NCBI GenBank assembly: GCA_028534125.1
Contig: CM052818.1
Location: forward strand, 42,906,001 to 42,970,000
Direction of reading: 5' to 3'
DNA: 64,000 nt
From: Lama glama
Lineage: Eukaryota
The translations under genes and the position numbers were made by a program. A model generated the notes under the pieces. That model was not told where the DNA came from. It made no database searches and saw only the letters and a list, made by a program, of their open reading frames with translations. Numbering within the stretch: position 1 is the stretch's first letter; every line of letters starts with the position of its first letter. Below, piece after piece: positions 53,191-64,000 of this stretch.

Positions 53191-53479
53191 CTTCCCTTCC
53201 CTTCACTCATGCTGAGCACATTATCAACCAGGTCTTCCATTTTCTCTGCCTCAAGTCCAGCACAATGATTAGTATCCATCACTTATTAAAGCTGATTATT
53301 TAGCCAATCTTAAAATTATTGTGGTTAGAGGCTATATAAGAAAGAACAAAATTAAGCTCAAATGATAGAGAAAATTGTCTTCTTCTTTCAATTTTACTTT
53401 CTATTACTTTAGAAATTATATGTCAGTTCCCATGCTTCCCTTCCTGTGAGTCAACCAGGGATGCCAAGCTGATGATGGA

Positions 53480-54021
53480 GACCAAGGGAGTGACCAGCAA
53501 TGGGGAAAATCAGTATCGTGCACCTTCTGAGATGATGCACAGAGAACGATGCAACGTCATTTTTGTGGAATCCTTGCCCCAAATGTACAACTTCCATATA
53601 ATTATAAGGAAATATCACACAAATACAAAGGGAGAGTTAGTCTACAAAATGATTGGTCTCTATTCTTCAAATTATCATCATGAAAGACAAGAAAAAATTG
53701 AAGAACTAACCTGGATCGAAGGAGATGAAAACTATGACAAAATGCAGCCAGTCATCCTGACTTGCATCTTGGGCTAGAGAAAAAATGAGGTTTGTTTATT
53801 TGCTAGTTTGGCTGAAAATGTCTCATTATTGGGACAATTGATAAAATTTTAATGGGGTCTGTATACTGGATAGTAATATCATACCAAATTATTGATTTAG
53901 ATGGTTTTAATGTGGTTATGTAGGAATGTACCCTCATATTTTAGAAAATACACATTGAAGTAGACATACATGAAGAGAGAGGACAAATGTGGTAGAATGT
54001 TAACAATTAGAAACTGGGTAA
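53480..54021 (+). mobile_element. L1MC-like 3' remnant
   Basis: GGGACAATTGATAAAATTT..TTAGAAAATACACATTGAAGTA..GGTAGAATGTTAACA. Confidence 0.55.
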
Positions 54022-54076
54022 GGGGGAGAGTACAGCTCAGTGGTAGAGTGCGTGCTTAGCATGCACAAGGTCCTGG
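54022..54076 (+). mobile_element. tRNA(Ala)-derived SINE head (camelid vic-1-like), cut by the gap
   Basis: GGGGGAGAGTACAGCTCAGTGGTAGAGTGCGTGCTTAGCATGCACAAGGTCCTGG: A box and TTAGCAT anticodon-loop-like sequence, ending just before the expected B box. Confidence 0.8.
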
Positions 54077-54576
54077 NNNNNNNNNNNNNNNNNNNNNNNN
54101 NNNNNNNNNNNNNNNNNNNNNNNNNNNNNNNNNNNNNNNNNNNNNNNNNNNNNNNNNNNNNNNNNNNNNNNNNNNNNNNNNNNNNNNNNNNNNNNNNNNN
54201 NNNNNNNNNNNNNNNNNNNNNNNNNNNNNNNNNNNNNNNNNNNNNNNNNNNNNNNNNNNNNNNNNNNNNNNNNNNNNNNNNNNNNNNNNNNNNNNNNNNN
54301 NNNNNNNNNNNNNNNNNNNNNNNNNNNNNNNNNNNNNNNNNNNNNNNNNNNNNNNNNNNNNNNNNNNNNNNNNNNNNNNNNNNNNNNNNNNNNNNNNNNN
54401 NNNNNNNNNNNNNNNNNNNNNNNNNNNNNNNNNNNNNNNNNNNNNNNNNNNNNNNNNNNNNNNNNNNNNNNNNNNNNNNNNNNNNNNNNNNNNNNNNNNN
54501 NNNNNNNNNNNNNNNNNNNNNNNNNNNNNNNNNNNNNNNNNNNNNNNNNNNNNNNNNNNNNNNNNNNNNNNNNNNN
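54077..54576. other. Assembly gap (500 N)
   Basis: Run of N. Confidence 1.
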
Positions 54577-54619
54577 CTACTTTATTTTTCTCAACCTCTG
54601 CAGAGTAAGGATATATTAC

Positions 54620-57030
54620 AATTAAGTTAAACAACTTCCATTGGGGGACATATGGATTGTTTCCAAAGTTTGTTATAATACATGATGCTGTAGCAAAAAA
54701 CAAAATGTATGTAACAATATTTTTTAAAATACGCATTATTTTAAATTATTGTACATAACAACTGAACTTCCAAATAGGATTCACTCATTTAGATTATCAC
54801 AAAAGTTTGGAAATAAATCACATTTTTCATACCTTTATCTACACTTGATTTTTTAAGCTTTTTTTCCTTAGGAATCAAGTTGACAGAATATGATATCCCA
54901 TGAAATTTTCCCTGTCATTTAACTTGAATTTTTTTTTAACCACAGAAATGGACTATTTTTCATGTTTGTATTTTTGTCTTCTTAGAATTGCCTGTTCATA
55001 TTTTTTGCCCATTTTTCTGTTAGTTTTAACATATCAATTAGTTTAAACTTTTTATTCCAGATATTATTTCTTTGTTAAATATTTTTGTACAATTTTTCAC
55101 TTGTCTTTTAACATTTATTATCATGACTTTTGCTGTATAAAAGCTTTTATGTTTCTCTAACTTCAGGTCAGTATTTTTCTTTAGAGATAACAGACTTAGG
55201 TCCTGCATAGGAAAATCTTCCCCATTCCAAAATTATAAAAATATTATTATATATTTTCTTTTTATAATTCCAAGGGATCTGTTTTCTTATTTATTTTCAC
55301 ATACAGTTATTCAATCTATCTGATATTATTAATTTTTGGTATGAAGTTAGGATATATATTTATGGTATTCTAAGTGATAGCAAATATCTAGAAGTAATTT
55401 ATCAAATAGATCATCTTTCCCCCTAGATTTGGAATGCCAACTTTATCTTACATATTTAATTATTTATCATCTTTCTATTCTTACATACATAATATTATAT
55501 ACATAAGAGAAAGAAACAGTATGTATTTTTAGTTTTAATTAGCCTAATTTTTGTTGCATTAAAATCTGAAAAGCAAATTCCTTTTATTTGTTTCTCAAAA
55601 ATTTTCTTTGCATTTATGATATATTGATTTTTCAGATAATCTTTTTATCAGCTTATCAAAATTTATTAGAAAATCATTTGATTTTAATTGGGATTATATT
55701 AAGAGTTTGTAGGATAATTTGAGAACTTATTTAATATATCAAGTATTCTCATTCAGGAACATATCATGTTTCCCCTTTTACTTATTGTTCTTTGACCTCC
55801 CAAAGTAAAGATTTATAAGTAATTTAAAACCCTTCTTTATTTTTTATTAGGTTTATTCCTAGGTATTTTACAGCTTTTGCTGTTATTATGCCCATAACCA
55901 TCTTTCATTTATATTTTTGAACTGGATGTTGCTGTGTTAAAGGAAGACTATTGATTTGTGTATACTGATTTGTGTCCTGTCAAACAAGTAAACCAGGTTA
56001 TTAGTTTTAAAAGTTTTTGATTTTTTTGAATTTCTGGTGTAGAAAATCACATTGCCTGCAATTCACAGCAAGGTCTCAAATCCTTTCCATTATTTATAGT
56101 TCATATTTATTTTTTTTACCTGTACTTTAATTAGATCCTCCAGTGCAATACTGAGTAAATGGTAGCAAACACAGCAGTTGAGTTTTATTGTTAATTATAA
56201 ATCCCTCTAGTATTATTATAGATATTCTTTACCAGGTGAGGCAGTTTCTCTTATTTTAGTTTGCCAATGGTTTTTTAAAATATTTTTTAAATCAGTGTTG
56301 AATCTTATCAGATGCCTTTTTACATATATGACTATCATTTAATTACAATTTTCAGATTTTTCAAATAGAGCATTACATCAACAGTTTTCCTGATTCGTAT
56401 CCTCTTGAACAAATTGACTTAATCATGGTGCACTTTAAACATGTAATTCTTGATAATATTTTTTGGATCTTTGTATCTATATTCTTGAATAAAATTTATT
56501 TTTATTTTTCTATATGTGATTGATTTGCTTTTTTAAGAATAATGATCTTGCCAGTTTCCTAGAATAAATGAAAAATCTCCATTGAAAAATAGATTCATGT
56601 CTCCTTTGCTGGTTAACAATTAAGACAGCTTATAAGTTATCTGTTAACAAATAAATTGATAAACCTTGCTAGTGAAATAATTTGAGCCTAGTTTTCTTTT
56701 GTGTGTCAAGTCTTTGCCTGCCTTTATTTTTTCATTTTCTAAATGGTTATTGGTCTGTTTAGTTTTTTACCTCTTCTTGAATTAAATTTTATATTTTTTA
56801 TGGCAATGTTACCTTTTATTATGATTTTTAAAAGTATTTATGCATATGGCACAAAATGTTCTGTCACAAATTTTTAAATACATTATATTCCTGTGATTAC
56901 ATTCATTATTTGTTACTAATAATTTTTACTGTTTTCCTCTTTTTTCCCTTTTATCAGACTGAAAAAGACTTGTCTATTTAATGACTCTTTGTAAATACCT
57001 AGCCCTTGATTTTTATTTATAAGCCTATAT
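54620..57030 (-). mobile_element. Ancient L1 (L1ME-like) ORF2 remnant
   Basis: T-rich + strand with L1 antisense motifs (TTTTGCCCATTTTTCT, GGTTTATTCCTAGGTATTT, ATTGGTCTGTT). Confidence 0.75.
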
Positions 57031-58899
57031 TTTACATGGAACTATAATTGTAAGAGTGTAAAAGTTAATCTTACACCAGAAAGTAAAAAGTGGACAAACA
57101 TTTCATTCTATTAGCTTTCCAATCCCCCTCTTCTCCCTAGTGAAAACTATGATTAACATTTTGGATTGGAGTCTTCTGGAAGTTTCTAAACATTTAATTG
57201 CATTTTTAAAATGTGAATGGCTCCATGTTTTATTGTGACTAAATTTTTGTTTAACATAAAATCTCAACTTTCAAGGAAATACAATCATTACAATTAGCAA
57301 TAATCACTATAATTAACACAACAATCAAATGAAATTTTATGGCCTTATATTAGTAATGGCTTTATCTGTGATCAACTTTATAGACTCCTTGATAATATAG
57401 AGAATAATCTATAATCTATTGAAATAAAATTCAAATACACATAGGTCAATGGTAATTTTATTCATTTACTTATGTTTGATGTATATGCAAACATTTTATA
57501 ATGAAAATCTTGCTTTTGTAATTATAAAAATATACTTTTGCATTTATACTTCAGCACTTCAAATGTTATTCACTTATTAAGTTATCCAACAAATATTTAT
57601 TAAGTGCTTACTTTGTTATAGGCATTATTCTAAGAACAGAAGATATATCTAAGGAAATTATAAAAAATACTACTTACATATAGCTAAATAGTCCACACTC
57701 TACACACTCTTCATTATTTTTCATATTCAAGTGAAAATGGACTTCATTATTACTAAGCCTACTCCTTTCTTACTGACCACTTCTAATAACTTTGGATGTT
57801 GCTGTTCATAAATACAATTCTCTTAATTTTTTATCTGGTTTTTCTCCTGTCTGATTGGTCTTTTGGTATTAAAATAATTATCCTGCTTTTTTCCCAAGCC
57901 TATAGCATAGCACAAATTAGGAAGGAAAATTATTTCATAACAATTGTTTAGAAGACTGCACACAAATAGAATCAATGGACATAATAAAGGACAATTATAT
58001 ACTCAAAGGTGTTTTAACTACCCTAAGAGTATGCTAGAGGATAAAATTCCTCAAAAAGAGAGATGAGAATTCATAAAAGATTTCACACTTTCCTATCTAG
58101 AGATCTTACAATGGGACCATTTAAAAAGTAGAACAAAATATGTCAAGTTCCCACTATCACATCAAAGGCCATTGGTTTTTTCATGTACTTTATTTAATGG
58201 GTACAAGAAATAATTGAGAATCAGACCTATTTTTAATTTTAGAAAACTGAGACTGAAGACTTGTACTCAAAAGAAGGCAAGAATGCTAAGAGGTCAACTA
58301 CATCTTCTGATTCCAAAGGCAGTCCTTCCTACTTCTACTTCACCATAGTTAAACCTTCACTACTTTTGATCTTTATGGTCCTCGAATTTCAACAGGTGTT
58401 TTTTGTTTGTTTTTGTTTTCTTTTCTTGCTTTTGTGTTTCTTTGGGTTTTTTATTTTGTGGAGATGAGGTGCTGGTGGTGCTTTTAAATTAATATTTAGC
58501 TGGTATTAACATTCCAAATGACAACAAATCATATTAAATGTTGTCATCTTCCACTTTGGCTATCATACCTGCTCAACCTTATGCAGCATTCCAAGAATTG
58601 CACTGTCTGAGAACAAACAATTCAGGAAAGGGGGAAAGAAATCTTAAGTTTTATTTAGAAAAGTAAAGGAAGGGAGAAAAAGCAAAATCAAGTTCCAGTT
58701 TGAAGCCTAGGGATTTGGAGAAATAGACCATATATACCTTCAAGCAGATTTAGGCTACTCACACAAATCCCCCATCAATATGGGCTTGCTCTGACTAATA
58801 GAATGATGAGAGCCACAGAAAATACAGGGATCACTTTCTTTGACGTAAATAATAGCCTTGGTGTTCTTTCTAAATAGGAGGATGTATCATGTAAAATAT

Positions 58900-60120
58900 A
58901 TAAAATTGAGTCCATTCAGTTATAAAATAGAGCACTGTGAACTATGAATTACTTCACTCTAAGATCCCTTGGGAAGACCACTGGAATCTAGACCAAGAAA
59001 CTCACAGATTTTTACATTAGTATGGGGTTTCCCACTCGTTGAGTGGCTATGTTGAGCCTTTTGCGCCATCCTGTATACAGCAACCCAAAGGAAAGGATGA
59101 AGTCTTGCTTTCGTTAAGATCTCAGAGATATTCATGACCAGGGAAACTACAATGATGACATTTCGTAGTATAAGGAAGCCATGTAGAACAGCAATGCTTG
59201 TGGTGAAGAATGTGTGGTTCCCAAATTCCTCTTGAAAGTTTTATAAATGACTTGAGATAGCTTTTAATCATTACAAATTCATAAAGTTGCCAAGTTCCCA
59301 AAAGAAAGGATCACTTAAATTTTTAGTTATATGTATTATGGCGGGAGGGATGAGGATAATTTGGGAATTTAATTATATCATCTGAACTTAGGACAGATAT
59401 TCTCAAGTCTCCATATTTTTTTTTTATTATGATTCTCCTTTCCCTGGATAGCTCTCCCTCTGTTCACCTACTTATAAAGTTCTTGCATATCTCTCAAGAG
59501 TCATATTATGTCACTTCTCTATGATGTCTTTCCTAACCTCATTTACTTTCCCTCGCTCTCAGCTCACACCCAGGTCAAATTGATCATGCCTTTCTTCATG
59601 GCTCACTCTACCTTAGGTCTTATCTATTTTCTCCTCTGAATCCCTCTCGAACTCTTGGCTCTTTCAATAGGCAGATTATTTTACCACTCTATAATCAACT
59701 CCAGTATCTAGCACAGAGTGTTAGCCTAACAATATTTGTCAAATAAAAGAGAAGCTGATGAACTTTCAGTCTCCCCTGAGCCTGCTGCCTGATTGTTCTT
59801 GGGTTCTCATTATGTGTTCAGTTCCAAACTGACGGTGTAATCTCTTCAATTGCAAGAGCAAAAGAATCGAGCTCTGAATACCCTCTCAAATCACACTCAT
59901 GCTCACTTCCATCATTAAGAACGGTATTTTGTTTTACATTGTCACGTAGGTTAAATGCACACAAGTAACATGCATGCAGGACTCTATTTGATTCATTCAC
60001 TTATGGACTGCTTTGAACTTCAGGATGAGTCTACGATGCAATGAAAATGAAATGGAATATAAAAGTGATCGTTTTCTTAATTGCTTCTTCATCTTGTTGC
60101 TCAAAGTTGACATTTAAAAG
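58900..60120 (-). mobile_element. Possible fossil hAT/Charlie-type transposase, interrupted by L2
   Basis: Degenerate motifs in the expected order on the minus strand: FALAIEEIT (59836-59862), FQEEF (59223-59237), VAVY-DGA (59062-59084). Frameshifts must be assumed. Confidence 0.35.
59430..59750 (+). mobile_element. L2 3' remnant
   Basis: CCAGTATCTAGCACAGAG...AATATTTGTCAAATAAA type ending. Confidence 0.5.
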
Positions 60121-60149
60121 GAGAATCTTAATAAAAGTGTAAAGATATT

Positions 60150-61030
60150 GAGAAAGATAGTTATGTGTATCTGTAAGAAGAGCTTTCCAGACAGAGAGAA
60201 CAGCCAGTGCCAAGGCCTTAAAGGAGAAGGAAGCATGCTTGGTGTTCAAAGAACAGCAGAGCCCAGGAGGGCAGCAAAGAGAGTAGTGAACAACGGTGAG
60301 AGTAACAGATGAGATGAAGTTGGAAAGGGAGTTGGAAGATTATCATTTCATACAAGGTCTTGTAGATGATTTTAAGGACCTCAGCTTTTATTCTGAGAGA
60401 TATAACAAACCCCTGGAGACTTTTGAATTGAAAAATGTCATATTTAAACATATATTTTTAAAAAATTTCTGTGGTGGCTAAGTTGAGAATACAGTGTAGG
60501 GCTAGATGGGTGGAAAGAGGAGACTACTATGGTTCTGCTATGTTTTCAGGTAAGAAATGATGCTGGAGGATCAGATGAGAACAGTGGGGATGGGGAGAGG
60601 TGGCTGGGTTCTGAATATGCTTTCAGGGAAGACTTTACTAAAATCATGGACTTTATTTTGGGTATGAAAGAAAGAAGAGTAAGAATTGACTGCAAGGGTT
60701 TTATCATGGCCAAACAGAAGGATGAAGTTGCCACCAGTTTAAGTGGAGAAGACTGTGAGTAGCTTTAAAGGAAGCAAAGTCAGAAGTTCAGCTTTAGGTA
60801 TGTGAAGTTTCTGTACTTTATCTCTTTAGGACACCCAACTAGAGATGCCAAATGAGTAACTGGATAAACGCATAGGTAGCTCAAGAGATAGGTCTGGGCT
60901 AAAGATATGAATTTGGAAGTTGTTGTTTATAGATTGTACTGAAAACCAAGACAGAGGTTAAGATCACTAATAAGAGGATATAAAAAAGAAGGGAAAAGAG
61001 TGAGAAGTTCCAAGGACTAAGCCCTTGAGG
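60150..61030 (-). mobile_element. L2 remnant
   Basis: TTCCAGACAGAGAGAACAGCCAGTGCCAAGGCC; AGAAGTTCAGCTTTAGG; GAGATAGGTCTGGGCT. Confidence 0.75.
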
Positions 61031-62528
61031 ATCAAAAAGACCTAAATTTAAATCATAGACCCGTGAATCTACAGCTGCATGAAGTTTAGAAATTCATTAG
61101 TTTCTTGATCTTTAAAATATAAAGTTGTTGCAAGGATTTCTGATCATTCTCTTTAGGCACTGAGGATATCTGTCTCATGGTAAATGCCCATTAAGTCATA
61201 GCTATTTGTTTTATTATTACCATAATTATTAGTATACATTATTAACAATAACCCAAAAAGTAGTTTCCAGGGCATCGCCTGATTATTTAATTTATATTTG
61301 GAGAGGATCAGATTATAAAACCAATCTGGCAAGAGCAGTCCATCTTTAAATATTCCTACAAAGCCAGGAGAAAGAGAAACAGGAGGAGACATGAAATAAT
61401 CAAGGTCTTTTTTGTTATATCTGAAGTTTCTCAATCCTGACCTTTTACCTCTTGGTGAATGTGACCCTGTTGACAACTCCCTTCTGCTGGAAACAGACCT
61501 TTCCTTAGAATTCTTCAGATCAGAGTTTTGTGAATTTCTACATTTTTGGTTTTTTTGACTATCCTTTACATTTTGGTGTTCTCAGAATTCCACTCCAAAT
61601 CCTCTTCATTTCACCTTAGCTTAGATTACTCTGCAAATACGATGAACCCAGAATATTTATATGTAACCAAGATTTATCTCGTGATGTTTGGACTCATATG
61701 TTTGAGCCTCTTACTACTTACTGGACGTGCTCCTTTTCACCCAGGACCTCTGTGTGTGTTATTTCTGCCGCCCGGACCACCATTCCTTACTCTCCTTATC
61801 TGTTGAATACTACCTACCACTCAGTGTGGAAGTCATTTACTCCCCAAACCCTCTCTGAGGCCTCCGCTACACCCTCACGGGTGCACGCGCCCACCAGTAC
61901 ACCCTGTTCAGGACCAGGGCCCATTCCCACCTTCAGTATTCACACAGCTGACCAAGGTCTTGAATGGGGGAGAAAATGCTACTTTATGCATGTGAAGAGA
62001 AATTTTGCATTCTCTGCAATTACTACATGAGCTTTAGAGAAAGAAGAACCATTTCGTGTGGACCAGAGGGGATCTGAAACAAAAAGGAAGATGGTACGGA
62101 AACCCACAAAACCAAACAAGCAAGAAAGCAAACAAAAACAGTATCTAGGCCACAAGATTTATTAGCCCAGTTACTACTACGCATCAGAAGTACTCTGTGG
62201 AGCTGAAACTGGTAATTAAACGTTGCAGGCACATAGTCATATCTGTTTGCACCTCTAGGTGCATGTCCACACAAAAAGATAACCTAGTGAGCTATGTTTA
62301 ATTTCTGCTACAGTTTGGACACTGATTTTCAAAATAAACCTTTCATTATCTTTCTAAATTCTTTAATTAAAAGAATACATCACGGTACATTTTCTAAATC
62401 CTCAAATAAAAGTATAAAAAGGCTTATGGGACCCTTATGAAATAGGGTATAGAAGCACTTACATTTAAAAGGTTCTATTCATATAGTTTTATAGATAGAC
62501 ATAGACATGGATGATATTAGATAGAGGG

Positions 62529-62550
62529 GTGTGTGTGTGTGTGTGTATGT
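62529..62550. repeat. (GT)n microsatellite
   Basis: Read directly from the sequence. Confidence 0.9.
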
Positions 62551-63225
62551 ATCACCCATTATACAATGCCAGTTCTAGGGTTATTTGGTCTTTAAGGTCA
62601 GAGGATAAAAATCTTCTGAGGTCTTGCTAAAAATGAAAGAACACTGAATTCCATTACCCTTACGGGCCACGCTGAGTACCAATGTACAAATAACTCGGTG
62701 AGTTTAACCACTATAAGAGTTCACAGAGTAATTACAGGAGTATAAGCTTTTAATCACTGCCAACTGGTGCCAACTAAGGAAATCACATTTGCCAAAGCTT
62801 GAGAGATGTCTATGGTTCTCTGTCTCCAACACCGCCTCCCTTCTCCAAGGGCAGAATGGTCCTACTGGGAACTGTCCTTTCCTCCACTATATCCAGCGTA
62901 AGCTATTGTGATGCTACGCAGCCCCATGCTAGCCACAACTGAATGATCCAAGGCTTGGCTCTTGACCCAAGATGTTCTTTCAGATGTTGTGTCCAGGACA
63001 TCAAGTAGCCACTTTCAGGGCTAAAATTACGTGTTAACACTCCAAAGCAATTGGTGACCAGCTGAACACAACAGAAACCTAAATTTATTTGACCTTGTAT
63101 ACTTTATAATTTCTATCTAGGCTTTGATTTTCCAGTCAAAATAAATTAGGAGTTGGGGAAGGCAACATCTAAGATCCTTTCAGACTTAATATTCTATGAG
63201 ACAAGGGCACTCATACCACTAATTT

Positions 63226-63538
63226 TATTTTATTTTATTTTTTATTGAAGTATAGTTGATTTACAATGTTGTGTTAGTTTCAGGTGTATAGCAAAGTGAT
63301 CCTTTTCAGATACTTTTCCATTATAGGCTATTACAAGATATTGAATATAGTTCCCTGTGCTATACAGTAGGACCTTGTTGTTTATCTATTTTATATATAA
63401 TACTGTGTATCTGCTAATCCCAAACTCCTAATTTATTCCTCCCCCTCTTCCCCTTTGGTAATTATAAGTTTGTTTTTTATTATCTGTGAGTCTATTTCTG
63501 TTTTGTAACCAAGTTCGTTTGTATCCTTTTTTAGATTT
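63226..63538 (-). mobile_element. L1 3' fragment with (TTTTA)n tail and TSD
   Basis: Close match to 50925-51248; TSD CATACCACTAATTT (63212-63225) / CATTCCACTAATTT (63539-63552). Confidence 0.92.
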
Positions 63539-63872
63539 CATTCCACTAATTTAAATTTTTCTCTAGAAAATGTCCACTCTGGGCTCTACTTTTATGTACA
63601 CCATGTTCACTGACGGCAATAATCACATGGAACTAAAAAGAATAAACACCTACTTCTAACCTAAAAATCCTTTGAGATATACCCCATTGAGCATCAGACA
63701 GATTCATAAGCTTTTAAATCAGAAAATAAAGTAGGAACAATTCTGAGGAACACAGAAAGGAATGAGGCAGCTTTTATGACACTTCTCAGTCAGAGTTCTA
63801 AGGATCTAAAAATTTCAAGCCTACTCAAAATGCCAAATATTTAATCACCAGTGATTTAAATACATTGGGGTA

Positions 63873-64000
63873 CAGCTGACTCCTGAAACACAGGGGTTTG
63901 AGCTTCGTGGGTCAACTTGTAGGTGAATTTCTTAACAATAGTAATAATATGGTACTACATGATCCACAGTCAGTTGAATCCATGGATGTGGACCTGCAGA
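63873..64000 (+). mobile_element. Tigger2/MER8-like TcMar element (continues beyond the window)
   Basis: TA target at 63871-63872 followed by TIR-like CAGCTGACTCCTGAAACAC..GGGTTTGAGCT..GTTGAATCC. Confidence 0.7.

Noticed and set aside
54022..54076. tRNA-Ala gene
   Set aside because: The 5' end deviates from a tRNA acceptor stem, it sits within an L1 remnant and it is truncated by the gap; a SINE is more likely.
54040..54736. 196-aa and 226-aa ORFs
   Set aside because: Artefacts of translating through the N gap.
59818..60000. 60-aa ORF as a host coding exon
   Set aside because: No convincing splice sites or recognised host protein; better treated as a possible transposase fossil.
1..64000. 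Scattered AP-1 heptamers and the many 60-120 aa ORFs
   Set aside because: About 8 heptamers are expected by chance in 64 kb, so single sites are weak. The short ORFs show no recognisable domains and many lie in repeats.
1..64000. CRISPR arrays, rRNA genes, prokaryote-type systems, or a gene name for the CpG promoter
   Set aside because: No repeat-spacer array or rRNA similarity seen; the DNA is mammalian; I cannot identify the gene from non-coding sequence alone.

Overview
Mammalian non-coding, repeat-rich genomic DNA with a 500-N assembly gap (54077-54576). The repeats suggest a camelid (inference): a tRNA-Ala-like SINE head, cetartiodactyl-type L1 3' ends, and no Alu, Bov-B/Bov-tA, PRE-1 or Can-SINE copies recognised. 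No intact protein-coding gene is supported; the only ORFs with clear homology are broken L1 ORF2 pieces. The main non-repeat landmark is a CpG island (~40.3-41.0 kb) with a 3 x 21-bp GC-box tandem repeat and a strong minus-strand splice donor. This is probably the promoter and non-coding first exon of a leftward transcript that I cannot name. The most interesting observations are: (1) a ~220-bp insertion that joins the extreme 5' end of L1 directly to its 3' end; (2) two perfect 13-bp Maf recognition palindromes plus an ARE clustered 7-11 kb upstream of the promoter; (3) several L1 insertions with readable mechanisms (twin priming, premature polyadenylation, a ~48-bp insert); (4) a nested hairpin inside an LTR; (5) a possible fossil hAT/Charlie transposase at ~58.9-60.1 kb. 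Repeat subfamily names come from my recall of consensus sequences and need RepeatMasker/Dfam confirmation. I see no convincing evidence of a wholly new biological system.
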